Notes under the pieces: generated by a model
What the model was told of the DNA's origin: nothing
Seen by the model: the letters and a program-made list of their open reading frames with translations, nothing else
The model's database searches: none
Assembly: GCA_934463115.1 (NCBI GenBank)
Contig: CAKSIN010000010.1
Span: 3,239 to 67,238, forward strand
Reading direction: 5' to 3'
From: an uncultured Clostridia bacterium
GTDB lineage: Bacteria; Bacillota; Clostridia; UMGS1810
DNA length: 64,000 bases
Shown here: positions 8,513-18,293 of the stretch, one piece after another
Position numbering within the stretch: position 1 is the first letter of the stretch
Layout: every line of letters begins with the position of its first letter
Made by a program: the position numbers and the translations under genes

Positions 8513-9064
8513 ATGATACGGGGCATAAATATGCAGGGTATAAAGGAAAAATTTTCGGGAACCGACAGGATAAAATATCTTGCAGTGCTTCTTGCGGCAG
8601 GGGTGGTTATGATTTTGATTTCAAATTTTTCCGGCACTCCAACGGCAAAAAAGACAGTCGATAACAACAGCGGCAGTACCGTATCCGAAACATCTGTGCC
8701 CGACAGCCGCAGCACAGAGGAATCTCTTGCAAAAATACTGGAAAAAGTCAAGGGAGTGAGCAATGTATCGGTGTTTATTACATATGATAATAACGGCAGC
8801 AAAAAAATCAGCTCCAACACAAAGGAGAGCATCGAAAAATCGGATTCTTCCGAAAAAACTTCAACCGAAAAAACAACAGTTATGAGCCGCGCGTCCTCAG
8901 CCGAAGAACCGTTTGTCAGCGAAGAGAAGCTCCCGAGCATACGCGGCGTTCTGATTGTTGCCGAGGGTGTCGGTAAAAGTGAAATTAATGCCGAGATAAC
9001 CGAGGCTGTATCGCAAGTTCTCGGGGTTGCGATACACAAAGTCAAGATTTTGTCAGCAGACTGA
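8513..9064 (+). CDS. spoIIIAG: Stage III sporulation protein AG
   Basis: N-terminal TM segment, low-complexity linker, and a conserved C-terminal ring domain (PSIRGVLIVAEGV...KVKIL). Confidence 0.8.
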   Translation: MIRGINMQGIKEKFSGTDRIKYLAVLLAAGVVMILISNFSGTPTAKKTVDNNSGSTVSETSVPDSRSTEESLAKILEKVKGVSNVSVFITYDNNGSKKISSNTKESIEKSDSSEKTSTEKTTVMSRASSAEEPFVSEEKLPSIRGVLIVAEGVGKSEINAEITEAVSQVLGVAIHKVKILSAD

Positions 9065-9066
9065 AT

Positions 9067-9624
9067 ATGAAAGAGGGAAAGGATATGTTTATGATATTTA
9101 AGAAAAAGCAAATGCTTATTGTGACTCTTGCCGTGCTTCTTGCCATAGCCGGTTATCTGAATTACAGATATGACGAAAAATCCGATACAAAAGACGTTCT
9201 CAGCATAAGTGACGGCGAAACCGATCACGATGTGGGAGAGGCTGTAAAGGTCAGCGGCAGCGAAAATGACGAAAAGAGCGAATCCGACAGCTTTTCGTCA
9301 TATAGGCTTGAGCGCGAGCGCGCCCGTGCAAAGGCAAGAGAGGAACTGGAAAAAACTATTTCCAACACCGCGGTATCCGAAGAATCAAAAAAGGCGGCAG
9401 AGCAGCAGCTCACGCGCCTGAGCGGATATTCCGACACCGAAACCACGGCAGAATCGGTGCTCAAATCAAAGGGGTTTGAGGATGTTGTGGTGTTTATATC
9501 TGGTGACGCGGTGAACGTTACGGTTAAGAGCGATGGGCTTTCTTCGTCCGATACGGCAAAGATAATTGACGCTGTTTATGAACTTACAAAAAATAATAAT
9601 ATAAAAATAGTTGAAGTTGAGTAA
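9067..9624 (+). CDS. spoIIIAH: Stage III sporulation protein AH
   Basis: TM anchor, charged linker and a YscJ/FliF-like C-terminus. Last gene of the spoIIIA operon. Confidence 0.8.
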   Translation: MKEGKDMFMIFKKKQMLIVTLAVLLAIAGYLNYRYDEKSDTKDVLSISDGETDHDVGEAVKVSGSENDEKSESDSFSSYRLERERARAKAREELEKTISNTAVSEESKKAAEQQLTRLSGYSDTETTAESVLKSKGFEDVVVFISGDAVNVTVKSDGLSSSDTAKIIDAVYELTKNNNIKIVEVE

Positions 9625-9683
9625 AAAATGTGGTATACTGTTCCTATAGATATTATTTTATCCTTTTCGGGAGGTATATTGTC

Positions 9684-10100
9684 ATGGAAGAAATAAGAGA
9701 AAATATCGATACAACCGGTAATGTTAAAATATCGGAAGAGGTAATCATAACCATTGCCTCGGTTGCCGTTTCGGAGATTGAGGGTATCAGCGGTACGGGA
9801 ACCGGAATCGTTGAGGGACTGGCGCGCAAATTTGCAAAGAGACCTGCCGGCGGCGGTATAAAGGTTTCAATGTCGGATACCGATGTTACGATTGACATTA
9901 ACGTGATTATGAACTACGGAGTTCGTATTCCGGAGGTTGCATGGAATGTTCAGGATGCGGTTAAAAAGCAGGTTGAACTTATGACGGGCTTGAACGTTAC
10001 AAAGGTGAATGTGCGTGTTGTTGGAATTGAGATTCCGGCAGATGAAACAGCACCGGAGATTGCCGAAAACGCCGACGGAACAGAAGACAGTAACGAATAA
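9684..10100 (+). CDS. Asp23/Gls24 family envelope stress protein
   Basis: Start at ATG 9684 behind GGGAGG. Contains the Asp23 hallmark (ISEEVIITIASVAVSEIEGI...VNVRVVGI). Confidence 0.85.
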   Translation: MEEIRENIDTTGNVKISEEVIITIASVAVSEIEGISGTGTGIVEGLARKFAKRPAGGGIKVSMSDTDVTIDINVIMNYGVRIPEVAWNVQDAVKKQVELMTGLNVTKVNVRVVGIEIPADETAPEIAENADGTEDSNE

Positions 10101-10166
10101 CAAAATCAACCGCTGCCATGTGGTGATAATACCCGGCAGCGGATTTGAACTATACGGGAGGAAAAG

Positions 10167-10568
10167 ATGAGCAGAAAGGCAGCGCGCGAATGTGCATTCA
10201 GTCTGATATACGAAATACCGTTTCATGATACCGATGCACACGAGGAAGTTATAAACATGTTCCTGAATTCGGAGCATGTAAAGAATATTACGGACAAAGA
10301 CTCGGAATATATCCGCACAACGGTTTTGTCGTGCTTTGATAATATCGGCGAAATCGACGAAAAAATCAGCTCGTCGCTGAAAAAATGGACGATTGACAGA
10401 CTGTCAAAGGTGGATTTGTCTGTATTGAGATTGTCGCTCAGTGAGACTAAATACAGCGGTGTACCGCTTGAAGTATCCATAAATGAAGCGGTGGAGCTGG
10501 CAAAAAAATTCGGTGATGACGACTCGCCGTCGTTTATAAACGGTGTGTTGGCCGATATCAACAGGTAG
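10167..10568 (+). CDS. nusB: Transcription antitermination factor NusB
   Basis: 133 aa (SRKAARECAFSLIYE...NEAVELAKKFGDDDSPSFINGVL). Confidence 0.9.
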   Translation: MSRKAARECAFSLIYEIPFHDTDAHEEVINMFLNSEHVKNITDKDSEYIRTTVLSCFDNIGEIDEKISSSLKKWTIDRLSKVDLSVLRLSLSETKYSGVPLEVSINEAVELAKKFGDDDSPSFINGVLADINR

Positions 10569-10575
10569 GTTTGTT

Positions 10576-11793
10576 ATGCAGGTTATTACCGTAGGTGAAC
10601 TCAACAGATACATTAAACAAAAAATCGAATCCGATTCACTCATGACGGGTATATGCGTACGCGGTGAAATATCAAATTTCAAACACCACTACACCGGGCA
10701 TATGTATATGTCGCTGAAAGATGACACGGGCAGCATACGCGCGGTTATGTTCCGCTCGGCTGCATCGCGTATTGCCTTTGTGCCGCAAAACGGCATGATG
10801 GTAATGGTAACCGGCAGAGTAGGAGTTTTTGAACGTGACGGGCAGTATCAGATATACATAGACTATATGGCGCCGGACGGAATAGGTCAGCTGTATGCCG
10901 CGTATGAACAGCTCAAATCCGAACTTGAGGCAGACGGATATTTCTCGGCGGAGCACAAAAGACCGATTCCGAAATATCCGATGTCGATAGGGGTTGCAAC
11001 AGCACCGAATGGGGCGGCTGTGCGTGATATAATAAACATTGTGTCACGCAGATATCCGCTTGCAAAGGTTATGGTATATCCCACGCTTGTGCAGGGCAGC
11101 GAGGCGGCGCAGTCCATATGCGGTGCAATTGAATATTTCAATTCGCATACAAATGCCGATGTGCTCATAGTGGGCAGAGGAGGCGGCTCGATAGAAGATT
11201 TGTGGCCGTTTAACGACAGAAATGTTGCAATGGCAATATACAATTCGGGTATACCCGTAATTTCGGCTGTCGGACACGAGACCGACTTTACAATAGCCGA
11301 TTTTGTTGCCGATCTGCGCGCCCCGACACCGTCGGCGGCAGCCGAACTTGCCACACCGTCGGCAGCCGAGCTTGCGGCATGGCTGTGTGCAGCGAGAGAA
11401 CGGCTCAGAGTGTCGCTTGCGCGCCTCGCCGAGAGCAAAAGGGCTTTGCTCAAATCGCTTATGTCGCGCAGAATATTTTCGCAGCCGGAATTGATGCTTG
11501 AACAAAAGACAAGCCTTCTCGACAGTACTGTGAGCAGCCTTGCGGCGGCATATACCGCAAGAGGCGACGAACGGTCGAAACGTCTGTGCGAATGTTCGTA
11601 CAAGCTGTCGGCGCTGAATCCCATAGGTGTTCTGGCACGCGGTTACAGCGTGGCATACGGCGATGACGGCGTGTTAAAATCGGTCAGTGATTTTGACAGT
11701 GAAAAGAAATTCTTTTTGCGTGTGTCGGACGGCAGCGTTGAGTGCCGTTCACTTGGAGTAAAGGAGGAAACGAACGGTGGCAAAAAACTTTGA
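10576..11793 (+). CDS. xseA: Exodeoxyribonuclease VII large subunit
   Basis: Start at ATG 10576 (MQVITVGELNRYIKQ...). Contains OB-fold and catalytic motifs (GRGGGSIEDLWPFN, GHETD). Confidence 0.9.
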   Translation: MQVITVGELNRYIKQKIESDSLMTGICVRGEISNFKHHYTGHMYMSLKDDTGSIRAVMFRSAASRIAFVPQNGMMVMVTGRVGVFERDGQYQIYIDYMAPDGIGQLYAAYEQLKSELEADGYFSAEHKRPIPKYPMSIGVATAPNGAAVRDIINIVSRRYPLAKVMVYPTLVQGSEAAQSICGAIEYFNSHTNADVLIVGRGGGSIEDLWPFNDRNVAMAIYNSGIPVISAVGHETDFTIADFVADLRAPTPSAAAELATPSAAELAAWLCAARERLRVSLARLAESKRALLKSLMSRRIFSQPELMLEQKTSLLDSTVSSLAAAYTARGDERSKRLCECSYKLSALNPIGVLARGYSVAYGDDGVLKSVSDFDSEKKFFLRVSDGSVECRSLGVKEETNGGKKL

Positions 11794-12001
11794 AGAAAAT
11801 ATTTCCGAACTTGAGGAAATTATTAATACACTGGAGAGCGGAAACGCTCCGCTGGACAAATGCATAGAATTGTTTGAAAACGGAGTCAAACTTTCGAACG
11901 AATGTCTGAAAATGCTTAATGACGCACAAAAGAAAATTGTTCTTCTTACCGAAAAAGGGGAACAGAAATTTGATACCAAAGAGGAAAACGAAGATGAATG
12001 A
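11777..12001 (+). CDS. xseB: Exodeoxyribonuclease VII small subunit
   Basis: 74 aa (FEENISELEEIINTLESGNAPLDKCIELFENG). Overlaps the end of xseA. Confidence 0.9.
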   Translation: MAKNFEENISELEEIINTLESGNAPLDKCIELFENGVKLSNECLKMLNDAQKKIVLLTEKGEQKFDTKEENEDE

Positions 12002-12842
12002 TTTTAAAAAGGAATATGCAGAAAGAATAAAACTTATAGACGACTACATGCGCGGTGTGTTTGCACAAATGCCCGAATGTGAACCGCCTCTCGGCGAGGC
12101 AATGGAATACGCGGTATTTTCCGGCGGAAAAAGAATCCGTTCCGTGCTGTGCATTGAAACGGCACGTATGCTCACAGGCAGTATAGACGCTGCGCTTCCG
12201 TTTGCCGCCGCAATAGAATTTATTCACGCATTTTCGCTTGTTCACGACGATTTGCCGTGTATGGACAACGACGATTACCGCCGAGGAAAGCCGAGCTGTC
12301 ATAAGAAATTCGGTGAAGATATTGCATTGCTTGCCGGGGACGCGCTTCTGTGCTATGCATCGGAAATCATGGCGGATGCTTGCGAAAACGGAGGAAAAAA
12401 TCAAATCCGCGCAATGCGGCATGTGCTCAAATCTGCCGGAATCGGCGGAATGATAAACGGACAGGCGCAGGATCTCGCCATAGCCTCTAAGGGAAAAGCG
12501 GATGAAAAAAGGCTGGTTGAACTGATAGAGCAAAAAACAATGGCGCTCATCATGACGGGAATTGTCAGTGCGGCATACCTGTCGGACAGTGACGAAAAAA
12601 CCGTTCAGGATTTGTTTGATTTTGCCTACAATATCGGAATAGCGTTTCAGATACGCGATGATTTTGAAGATGAGGCGGAGGACAGCAAGAGCGAACACAA
12701 CAGCCCGAATTTCATAAACACACTGGGGCGGTTTGCCGCACTCGAGCGGATGAACGGTCACCGCGCCGCTGCCGAAAACATTATTGACAAATACAAAAAC
12801 AATGAATTTATAAAGGGATTAATCGGATATCTTTTCGATTGA
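11994..12842 (+). CDS. ispA: Farnesyl/geranyl diphosphate synthase (polyprenyl synthetase)
   Basis: Start at ATG 11994. FARM motif (LVHDDLPCMDNDDYRRG) and second Asp-rich motif (FQIRDDFED). Confidence 0.9.
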   Translation: MNDFKKEYAERIKLIDDYMRGVFAQMPECEPPLGEAMEYAVFSGGKRIRSVLCIETARMLTGSIDAALPFAAAIEFIHAFSLVHDDLPCMDNDDYRRGKPSCHKKFGEDIALLAGDALLCYASEIMADACENGGKNQIRAMRHVLKSAGIGGMINGQAQDLAIASKGKADEKRLVELIEQKTMALIMTGIVSAAYLSDSDEKTVQDLFDFAYNIGIAFQIRDDFEDEAEDSKSEHNSPNFINTLGRFAALERMNGHRAAAENIIDKYKNNEFIKGLIGYLFD

Positions 12843-12849
12843 GGAACAA

Positions 12850-14700
12850 ATGATAATGAGTTATCTTTACGATATAAAATCGCCGGATGATATAAAAAAA
12901 CTGAATATTACGCAGCTTGCTTCACTTGCGGATGAAGTGCGGGAATTTCTTATAAAAAACGTAATGCAGACTGGGGGACACCTTGCGTCGAATCTCGGAG
13001 TTGCCGAGCTCACAATAGCCATGATGTATGCGTTCGATTTTCCGGGCGACAAGGTTGTATTTGATGTGGGGCATCAGTGCTATGTGTACAAGATGCTTAC
13101 CGGCAGGCTGAATCGCTTTGACACGCTGCGCAGGCTCGGCGGACTTTCGGGTTTTCCGAAATGCACCGAGAGTGTGTACGACAGCTTCGATGTGGGACAT
13201 GCCAGCACATCTATTTCGGCGGCGGTGGGAATGGCGCGCGCAAGAGATTTGGACGGCAGAAGCGAGAATATCATAGCCGTTGTGGGCGACGGCGCGCTTA
13301 CCGGCGGAATGTGCTTTGAGGCGCTAAACGATGTCGGCTCCGGAAAAACAAAGGTTATAATTATTCTCAACGATAACGAAATGTCAATACAGAAAAATGT
13401 CGGAGGGCTGTCGGCTCATCTTTCAAAGCTGCGTTTTTCCGACAAATACCGCAGCACAAAAACGAATATTCACGGTTTTCTGAGCAATGCCGGCAAAGTG
13501 GGAAAGATAGCGGGCAATGTTCTGCATAATGTGAAGGACGGCCTTAAATATGCCACCATAGCCGCGCCGCTTTTTGAAGATCTCGGACTGACATATATGG
13601 GGATTATAGACGGAAACAACATTTCGGAGCTTGTTTCGGCGTTTAACGCGGCAAAAAGGGTTGAGGGACCTGTGCTCATACACACATTTACCAAAAAAGG
13701 CCTCGGCTATGAGGAGGCGGAAAAAAATCCCAGCAAATACCACGGTGTGAGCAGCCTCACAACGCGTATATCGCGCCGCGAAATGAAGTATACCGACGCT
13801 TTTTCCGCGCTTATGACGAACTTCGCCGCAAATTCCGACAAGGTGGTCGGCGTTACCGCGGCAATGACGGACGGCTGCGGACTCGCGCAGTTTGCCGCGG
13901 AATACCCCGACAGATTTTTCGACGTCGGGATAGCCGAGGAACACGCCGTTACGATGTCTGCCGGCCTTGCAAAGGGCGGATATACGCCGGTATTTGCGGT
14001 GTATTCCACATTTTTGCAGCGCTCATACGACCAGATTATCCACGATGTGTGCATGCAAAATCTGCATGTGGTGCTTGCCGTGGATCACGGCGGACTCACC
14101 GGTGAGGACGGCGAAACACATCAGGGACTTATGGATATGGTTATGCTCAGCCACATTCCGAACATGACGCTCCTTATGCCGTCGTGCTATGACGAGTTTA
14201 AACAGATGATGCACTATGCCGTGTTTGAATGCACCTCTCCCGTTGCGGTCAGGTATCCTAAAGGACAGGTATCGTTCAGAAATATTACCGCGCCTTTTGA
14301 AACCGGAGTTCCGGAAATTGTGCAAAACGGCGGCGATATTCTTATCGTTTCCTGCGGAAGAATGACGGATACTGCGCTTTGTGCGGCAGAAAAGCTCAAG
14401 GCCGACGGAATATCCGCTTGCATCGTAAACCTGCGTACAGCCGAAATTTCCGACAAATCGGTTATTTCGAAATTGTCGGAGGGGAAAAAGGCGGTGTTCA
14501 CGGTTGAGGACGGAATTGTTAGCGGCGGAGTCGGAGAACATATCGCCGCGTCCTGCAATTTTAAGTGCAGTTTTTTTGCACTGGGGTTTGATACGTGCTA
14601 TGTTCCGCACGGCAAACAAAGTGAACTGTTTGCCATGTACGGTCTGGACGCAGACGGAATATATTCACGAATAAAAAAAGAAATTGAAAAAAGTGATTGA
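12850..14700 (+). CDS. dxs: 1-deoxy-D-xylulose-5-phosphate synthase
   Basis: 616 aa. ThDP motif (GDGALTGGMCFEALN) and a transketolase-like C-terminus. Confidence 0.95.
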   Translation: MIMSYLYDIKSPDDIKKLNITQLASLADEVREFLIKNVMQTGGHLASNLGVAELTIAMMYAFDFPGDKVVFDVGHQCYVYKMLTGRLNRFDTLRRLGGLSGFPKCTESVYDSFDVGHASTSISAAVGMARARDLDGRSENIIAVVGDGALTGGMCFEALNDVGSGKTKVIIILNDNEMSIQKNVGGLSAHLSKLRFSDKYRSTKTNIHGFLSNAGKVGKIAGNVLHNVKDGLKYATIAAPLFEDLGLTYMGIIDGNNISELVSAFNAAKRVEGPVLIHTFTKKGLGYEEAEKNPSKYHGVSSLTTRISRREMKYTDAFSALMTNFAANSDKVVGVTAAMTDGCGLAQFAAEYPDRFFDVGIAEEHAVTMSAGLAKGGYTPVFAVYSTFLQRSYDQIIHDVCMQNLHVVLAVDHGGLTGEDGETHQGLMDMVMLSHIPNMTLLMPSCYDEFKQMMHYAVFECTSPVAVRYPKGQVSFRNITAPFETGVPEIVQNGGDILIVSCGRMTDTALCAAEKLKADGISACIVNLRTAEISDKSVISKLSEGKKAVFTVEDGIVSGGVGEHIAASCNFKCSFFALGFDTCYVPHGKQSELFAMYGLDADGIYSRIKKEIEKSD

Positions 14701-14764
14701 TTATGTTGTAATTTTGTGATATACTATCAAGTTGTATATATGTTTGAAAGTTTGGTGTTGGAAA

Positions 14765-15562
14765 TTGAAAGGGCGACTTGATGTTGAACTTGTAAACAGA
14801 GGACTTGTGGAGAGCCGCGAAAAAGGACGTGCCCTTATTATGGAGGGCGCGGTGTATGTCAACGGTCAGAAGGCATACAAGGCAGGCGAGAGCGTTAAGG
14901 ACGGAATGAAGATAGAAATTCGCGCCGGCAAGCTGAAATACGTGAGCCGCGGCGGACTTAAACTGGAAAAGTCAATTGAGGTTTTTCCTGTTTTGCTTGA
15001 AGATTGCGTTTGTATGGATATCGGAGCGTCTACCGGAGGTTTTACCGATTGTATGCTTCAGAACGGCGCAAAAAAGGTATATGCTGTGGATGTCGGATAC
15101 GGCCAGCTTGCGTGGAAACTGCGCAGTGATGAACGCGTTGTTAATATGGAACGCACAAATATCCGATATATTGATTATGACACTGTTGAGGACGAGGTGG
15201 ATTTTGTTTCCACCGATGTTTCGTTTATATCGCTTCGGCTTGTGCTGCCCGTTGCGTATAATATTCTTCGTCCCGGCGGTGAAATGGTCGCTCTTATAAA
15301 ACCACAGTTTGAGGCAGGCAGGGAACAGGTTGGAAAAAAAGGTGTTGTTCGTGATATAGCGGTTCACAGAGAAGTGATCAGAAACGTAACCGAATTTGCG
15401 CTTGAAAGCGGATTTTCGGTTGCCGGTCTGGATTATTCTCCGATTAAGGGGCCGGAGGGCAATATTGAATTTTTGATGTATCTTAGAAAGGACGGCGAAC
15501 ATCTGAATGCTGCTGATGACAGCGTGATAGACGAAGTAACGCGCAGTGCGCACGGCATTTGA
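14765..15562 (+). CDS. tlyA: TlyA family rRNA 2'-O-methyltransferase (hemolysin A-like)
   Basis: S4 domain (RLDVELVNRGLVESREKGRALI) plus an FtsJ-like domain (CMDIGASTGGFTD). The start is uncertain: TTG 14765 was chosen within the ORF 14732-15562. Confidence 0.85.
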   Translation: MKGRLDVELVNRGLVESREKGRALIMEGAVYVNGQKAYKAGESVKDGMKIEIRAGKLKYVSRGGLKLEKSIEVFPVLLEDCVCMDIGASTGGFTDCMLQNGAKKVYAVDVGYGQLAWKLRSDERVVNMERTNIRYIDYDTVEDEVDFVSTDVSFISLRLVLPVAYNILRPGGEMVALIKPQFEAGREQVGKKGVVRDIAVHREVIRNVTEFALESGFSVAGLDYSPIKGPEGNIEFLMYLRKDGEHLNAADDSVIDEVTRSAHGI

Positions 15563-15565
15563 GAA

Positions 15566-16324
15566 ATGACAATTATGAATGATAAAGAACAACCCGACAA
15601 AAAAGAAGAAAAAAGTCAAAAAGAAAAGAATCCGCATGCCGGACACAGGCAGAGAATGAAAGAAAAATTTAAGGAATGCGGCATTAATGCGTTCAGCGAT
15701 TATCAGGTAATGGAGTTTCTGATGTTTTATATTTACAGGCGAAAAGATACCAATATAATCGGACATGAATTGATTAATGAGTTCAAAAACCTTGAAGGAG
15801 TATTCGGCGCACCGTATGAATCTCTCATAAAGGTTAATGGAATAGGGCATGAGGCTGCACTGATTATTAATTTTATAGGTCAGCTCAGAAACAAAATTTC
15901 TCTCGATTCAAAAAGATGTGAACATGAGATTATGATAAACACAACTTATGCGGGCAATTATTTCTGCGATTTGTTCAGAGATCTCAATTTTGAAAGACTG
16001 ATGCTTATGAGCCTCAGAGCCAACCGCGAGATTATTGCTGTCGATACCATAAGTGAGGGAACAGTAACATCAACTCCGGCGGATTTGCGGACTATAGCCG
16101 AAATGGTATTTAAACGTAATGCCGCGGCGGTTATCATTGCACATAACCACCCGAGCGGAAACGTTCATCCGTCCGGAACTGATATCGCCCTGACAAAGAG
16201 GATAGTGCAAATGCTTGAACTGATGGATGTTGCTGTTATTGACCATATTATATGCAGCGGCGAACGTTTTACGAGCATGTTTGAACGTGGATTTATGGAT
16301 TCCGCAAATGGCGGTCTGCTATGA
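15566..16324 (+). CDS. radC: RadC/JAB-domain protein (UPF0758)
   Basis: HhH region followed by the JAMM motif (IAHNHPSGNVHPSGTD). Confidence 0.85.
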   Translation: MTIMNDKEQPDKKEEKSQKEKNPHAGHRQRMKEKFKECGINAFSDYQVMEFLMFYIYRRKDTNIIGHELINEFKNLEGVFGAPYESLIKVNGIGHEAALIINFIGQLRNKISLDSKRCEHEIMINTTYAGNYFCDLFRDLNFERLMLMSLRANREIIAVDTISEGTVTSTPADLRTIAEMVFKRNAAAVIIAHNHPSGNVHPSGTDIALTKRIVQMLELMDVAVIDHIICSGERFTSMFERGFMDSANGGLL

Positions 16325-16393
16325 TTCGGGACTGAATAAAAGTACATAATATGCCGTATGCGGCGTACCGGCAGTGTTAGGAGGAATCGGTGT

Positions 16394-17356
16394 ATGAAAA
16401 GCAAAAGTACGTACGACAAAAACCCTGTTCATATTACAAGCATAGGAGGGCAGGCGGTTATAGAAGGCGTTATGATGCGCGGCACGAAGATTATAGCTAC
16501 GGCTGTGCGCAAATCGGACGGAAGTATTGTTGTTGACAAAAAGCCTGTCAATTCATTTGTGAGCAAATACAAACTGAACAAAATTCCAATCATACGGGGT
16601 GTGGTGTCTTTTGTCGAGTCGCTTGTAACCGGCATGAAATGCCTTATGTTTTCGGCAGATCAGATGGATATTGAGGATGAAGAAGGATATCAGCCGTCAA
16701 AATTTGAAAAATGGCTTGATGATAAATTCGGCGACAAGGTAAAGGATATAGCAATATATTTTTCAGTTGTGGTGGCACTGTGTTTCAGCGTCGGTCTGTT
16801 TATGCTGCTTCCGAATGCTCTTGCAACACTGTGCACATTCTTTACAAAAAATCATGTAATCCTCAATCTCTGTGAGGGTGTAATCCGAATGGCAATATTT
16901 CTCGTGTATCTGACTTTGGTTTCAAAGATGAAGGATATCAAACGTGTGTTTGAATATCACGGCGCCGAGCACAAGACAATTGCAACATACGAAAGCGGCG
17001 CCGAACTCACCGTGGAAAATGCAAGGCAGCATTCGCGGTTTCACCCGAGATGCGGCACAAGTTTTCTCCTTATTGTAATGGTCGTGAGTATAATTATATT
17101 TTCGTTTATACATTGGGGAAGTATGTGGCGAAACATGCTGTACAGACTTTTGCTTTTGCCGGTTGTCGCAGGATTGTCATATGAAATGATAAAGATTGCC
17201 GGGCGGAGCAAAAACCGTTTTGTGTCATTGCTCACCAAACCGGGACTATGGCTCCAGCGCATTACCACAAGCGAACCGGACGACAGTCAGCTTGAGGTGG
17301 CAATACAGGCACTTTCGGCTGTTCTCACCGGTAACAAAGAGGATGACAAATGGTAA
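16394..17356 (+). CDS. DUF1385 domain membrane protein (commonly precedes prmC)
   Basis: Start at ATG 16394 behind AGGAGG. Contains GGQAVIEGVMMRG and EYHGAEHK motifs. Overlaps the prmC start. Confidence 0.8.
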   Translation: MKSKSTYDKNPVHITSIGGQAVIEGVMMRGTKIIATAVRKSDGSIVVDKKPVNSFVSKYKLNKIPIIRGVVSFVESLVTGMKCLMFSADQMDIEDEEGYQPSKFEKWLDDKFGDKVKDIAIYFSVVVALCFSVGLFMLLPNALATLCTFFTKNHVILNLCEGVIRMAIFLVYLTLVSKMKDIKRVFEYHGAEHKTIATYESGAELTVENARQHSRFHPRCGTSFLLIVMVVSIIIFSFIHWGSMWRNMLYRLLLLPVVAGLSYEMIKIAGRSKNRFVSLLTKPGLWLQRITTSEPDDSQLEVAIQALSAVLTGNKEDDKW

Positions 17357-18198
17357 AATATACGATAGGCGATGCTCTTCTTGAGGGCATCGCTTTGCTT
17401 AAAGAAAACAAAATTGAATCAGCCGGTGAGGACGCGCGAGTGATTATGGCGCATTGCCTCGGGCACGACAAACTGTATATTACCGTTCACCGTGATGATA
17501 TTCTCGGCGATGAGGAAAAGAAAATATTCTTCTCTGCCGTGCAGCGGCGCGCAAAAAATGAACCTGTGGCATATATTACGCACAGCCGTGAATTTATGTC
17601 GCTTGATTTTTATGTGGACGAAAATGTTCTTGTTCCGCGTCCGGACACCGAAATTCTTGTTGAAAAGATTATAGAGCTGTGCAGCGGCGGGAAAACGCGT
17701 ATTTTTGATGTATGCACCGGCTCGGGTGCAATAGCCGTTTCACTTGCAAAATATATGCCGGAATGCAGTGTATGCGGACTTGATATAAGTGCTCCTGCTG
17801 TGAAAATTGCGAGGAAAAACGCTGCTGCAAACGGTGTTGATGACAGGTGCGAATTCAAAGTTGCGGATGCACTCTGCTTGCCGGAGTTTTCGGCTGATTG
17901 CATTGTATCCAATCCACCGTATGTATCGACGGCGGAAATGACGGCACTTATGCCGGATGTGGGTGATTTTGAGCCGCATATTGCGCTGTATGGCGGCAAT
18001 GACGGACTGTCGTTTTACCGCTCAATATCGCAAAGCGCTCCGAGCCGTCTTTCGGACGGCGGTATTCTTGCGTTTGAAGTGGGTTTCACCCAATCGGAGG
18101 ACGTGTCGGACATTATGACATGCGCCGGGTTTAAAAATATACAGACCGTGCATGATCTTTCGGGCATCGAAAGAGTTGTTTTCGGGTTCAAAATGTAA
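17350..18198 (+). CDS. prmC: Peptide chain release factor N5-glutamine methyltransferase
   Basis: SAM motif (FDVCTGSGAI) and NPPY motif (VSNPPYV). Confidence 0.9.
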   Translation: MVKYTIGDALLEGIALLKENKIESAGEDARVIMAHCLGHDKLYITVHRDDILGDEEKKIFFSAVQRRAKNEPVAYITHSREFMSLDFYVDENVLVPRPDTEILVEKIIELCSGGKTRIFDVCTGSGAIAVSLAKYMPECSVCGLDISAPAVKIARKNAAANGVDDRCEFKVADALCLPEFSADCIVSNPPYVSTAEMTALMPDVGDFEPHIALYGGNDGLSFYRSISQSAPSRLSDGGILAFEVGFTQSEDVSDIMTCAGFKNIQTVHDLSGIERVVFGFKM

Positions 18199-18293
18199 AA
18201 ATTAATCTTGATTTATTTGAAATTTCATTATATAATAGTAGTATCAAAGAATTATTCGTCGTATATACAGACAGATTTGAAAGGGCTTTATAT

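Noticed and set aside
8104-9228. Long antisense ORFs: 8104-9228 (-), 19243-20403 (-), 27036-27812 (-), 54029-54751 (-), 56406-57422 (-), 14972-15850 (-), 11946-12761 (-) and 6520-7254 (-).
   Set aside because: Each lies opposite a confidently identified conserved gene (spoIIIAF-AH, PSP1, atpG, P-type ATPase, SCIFF maturase, tlyA/radC, ispA, spoIIIAD/AE). They have low-complexity or biased composition, and I recognised no family for any of them and saw no supporting RBS.
12842-12850. OLE RNA, which in some Firmicutes sits between ispA and dxs.
   Set aside because: The ispA stop and the dxs start are only 7 nt apart, so there is no room for a ~600-nt RNA.
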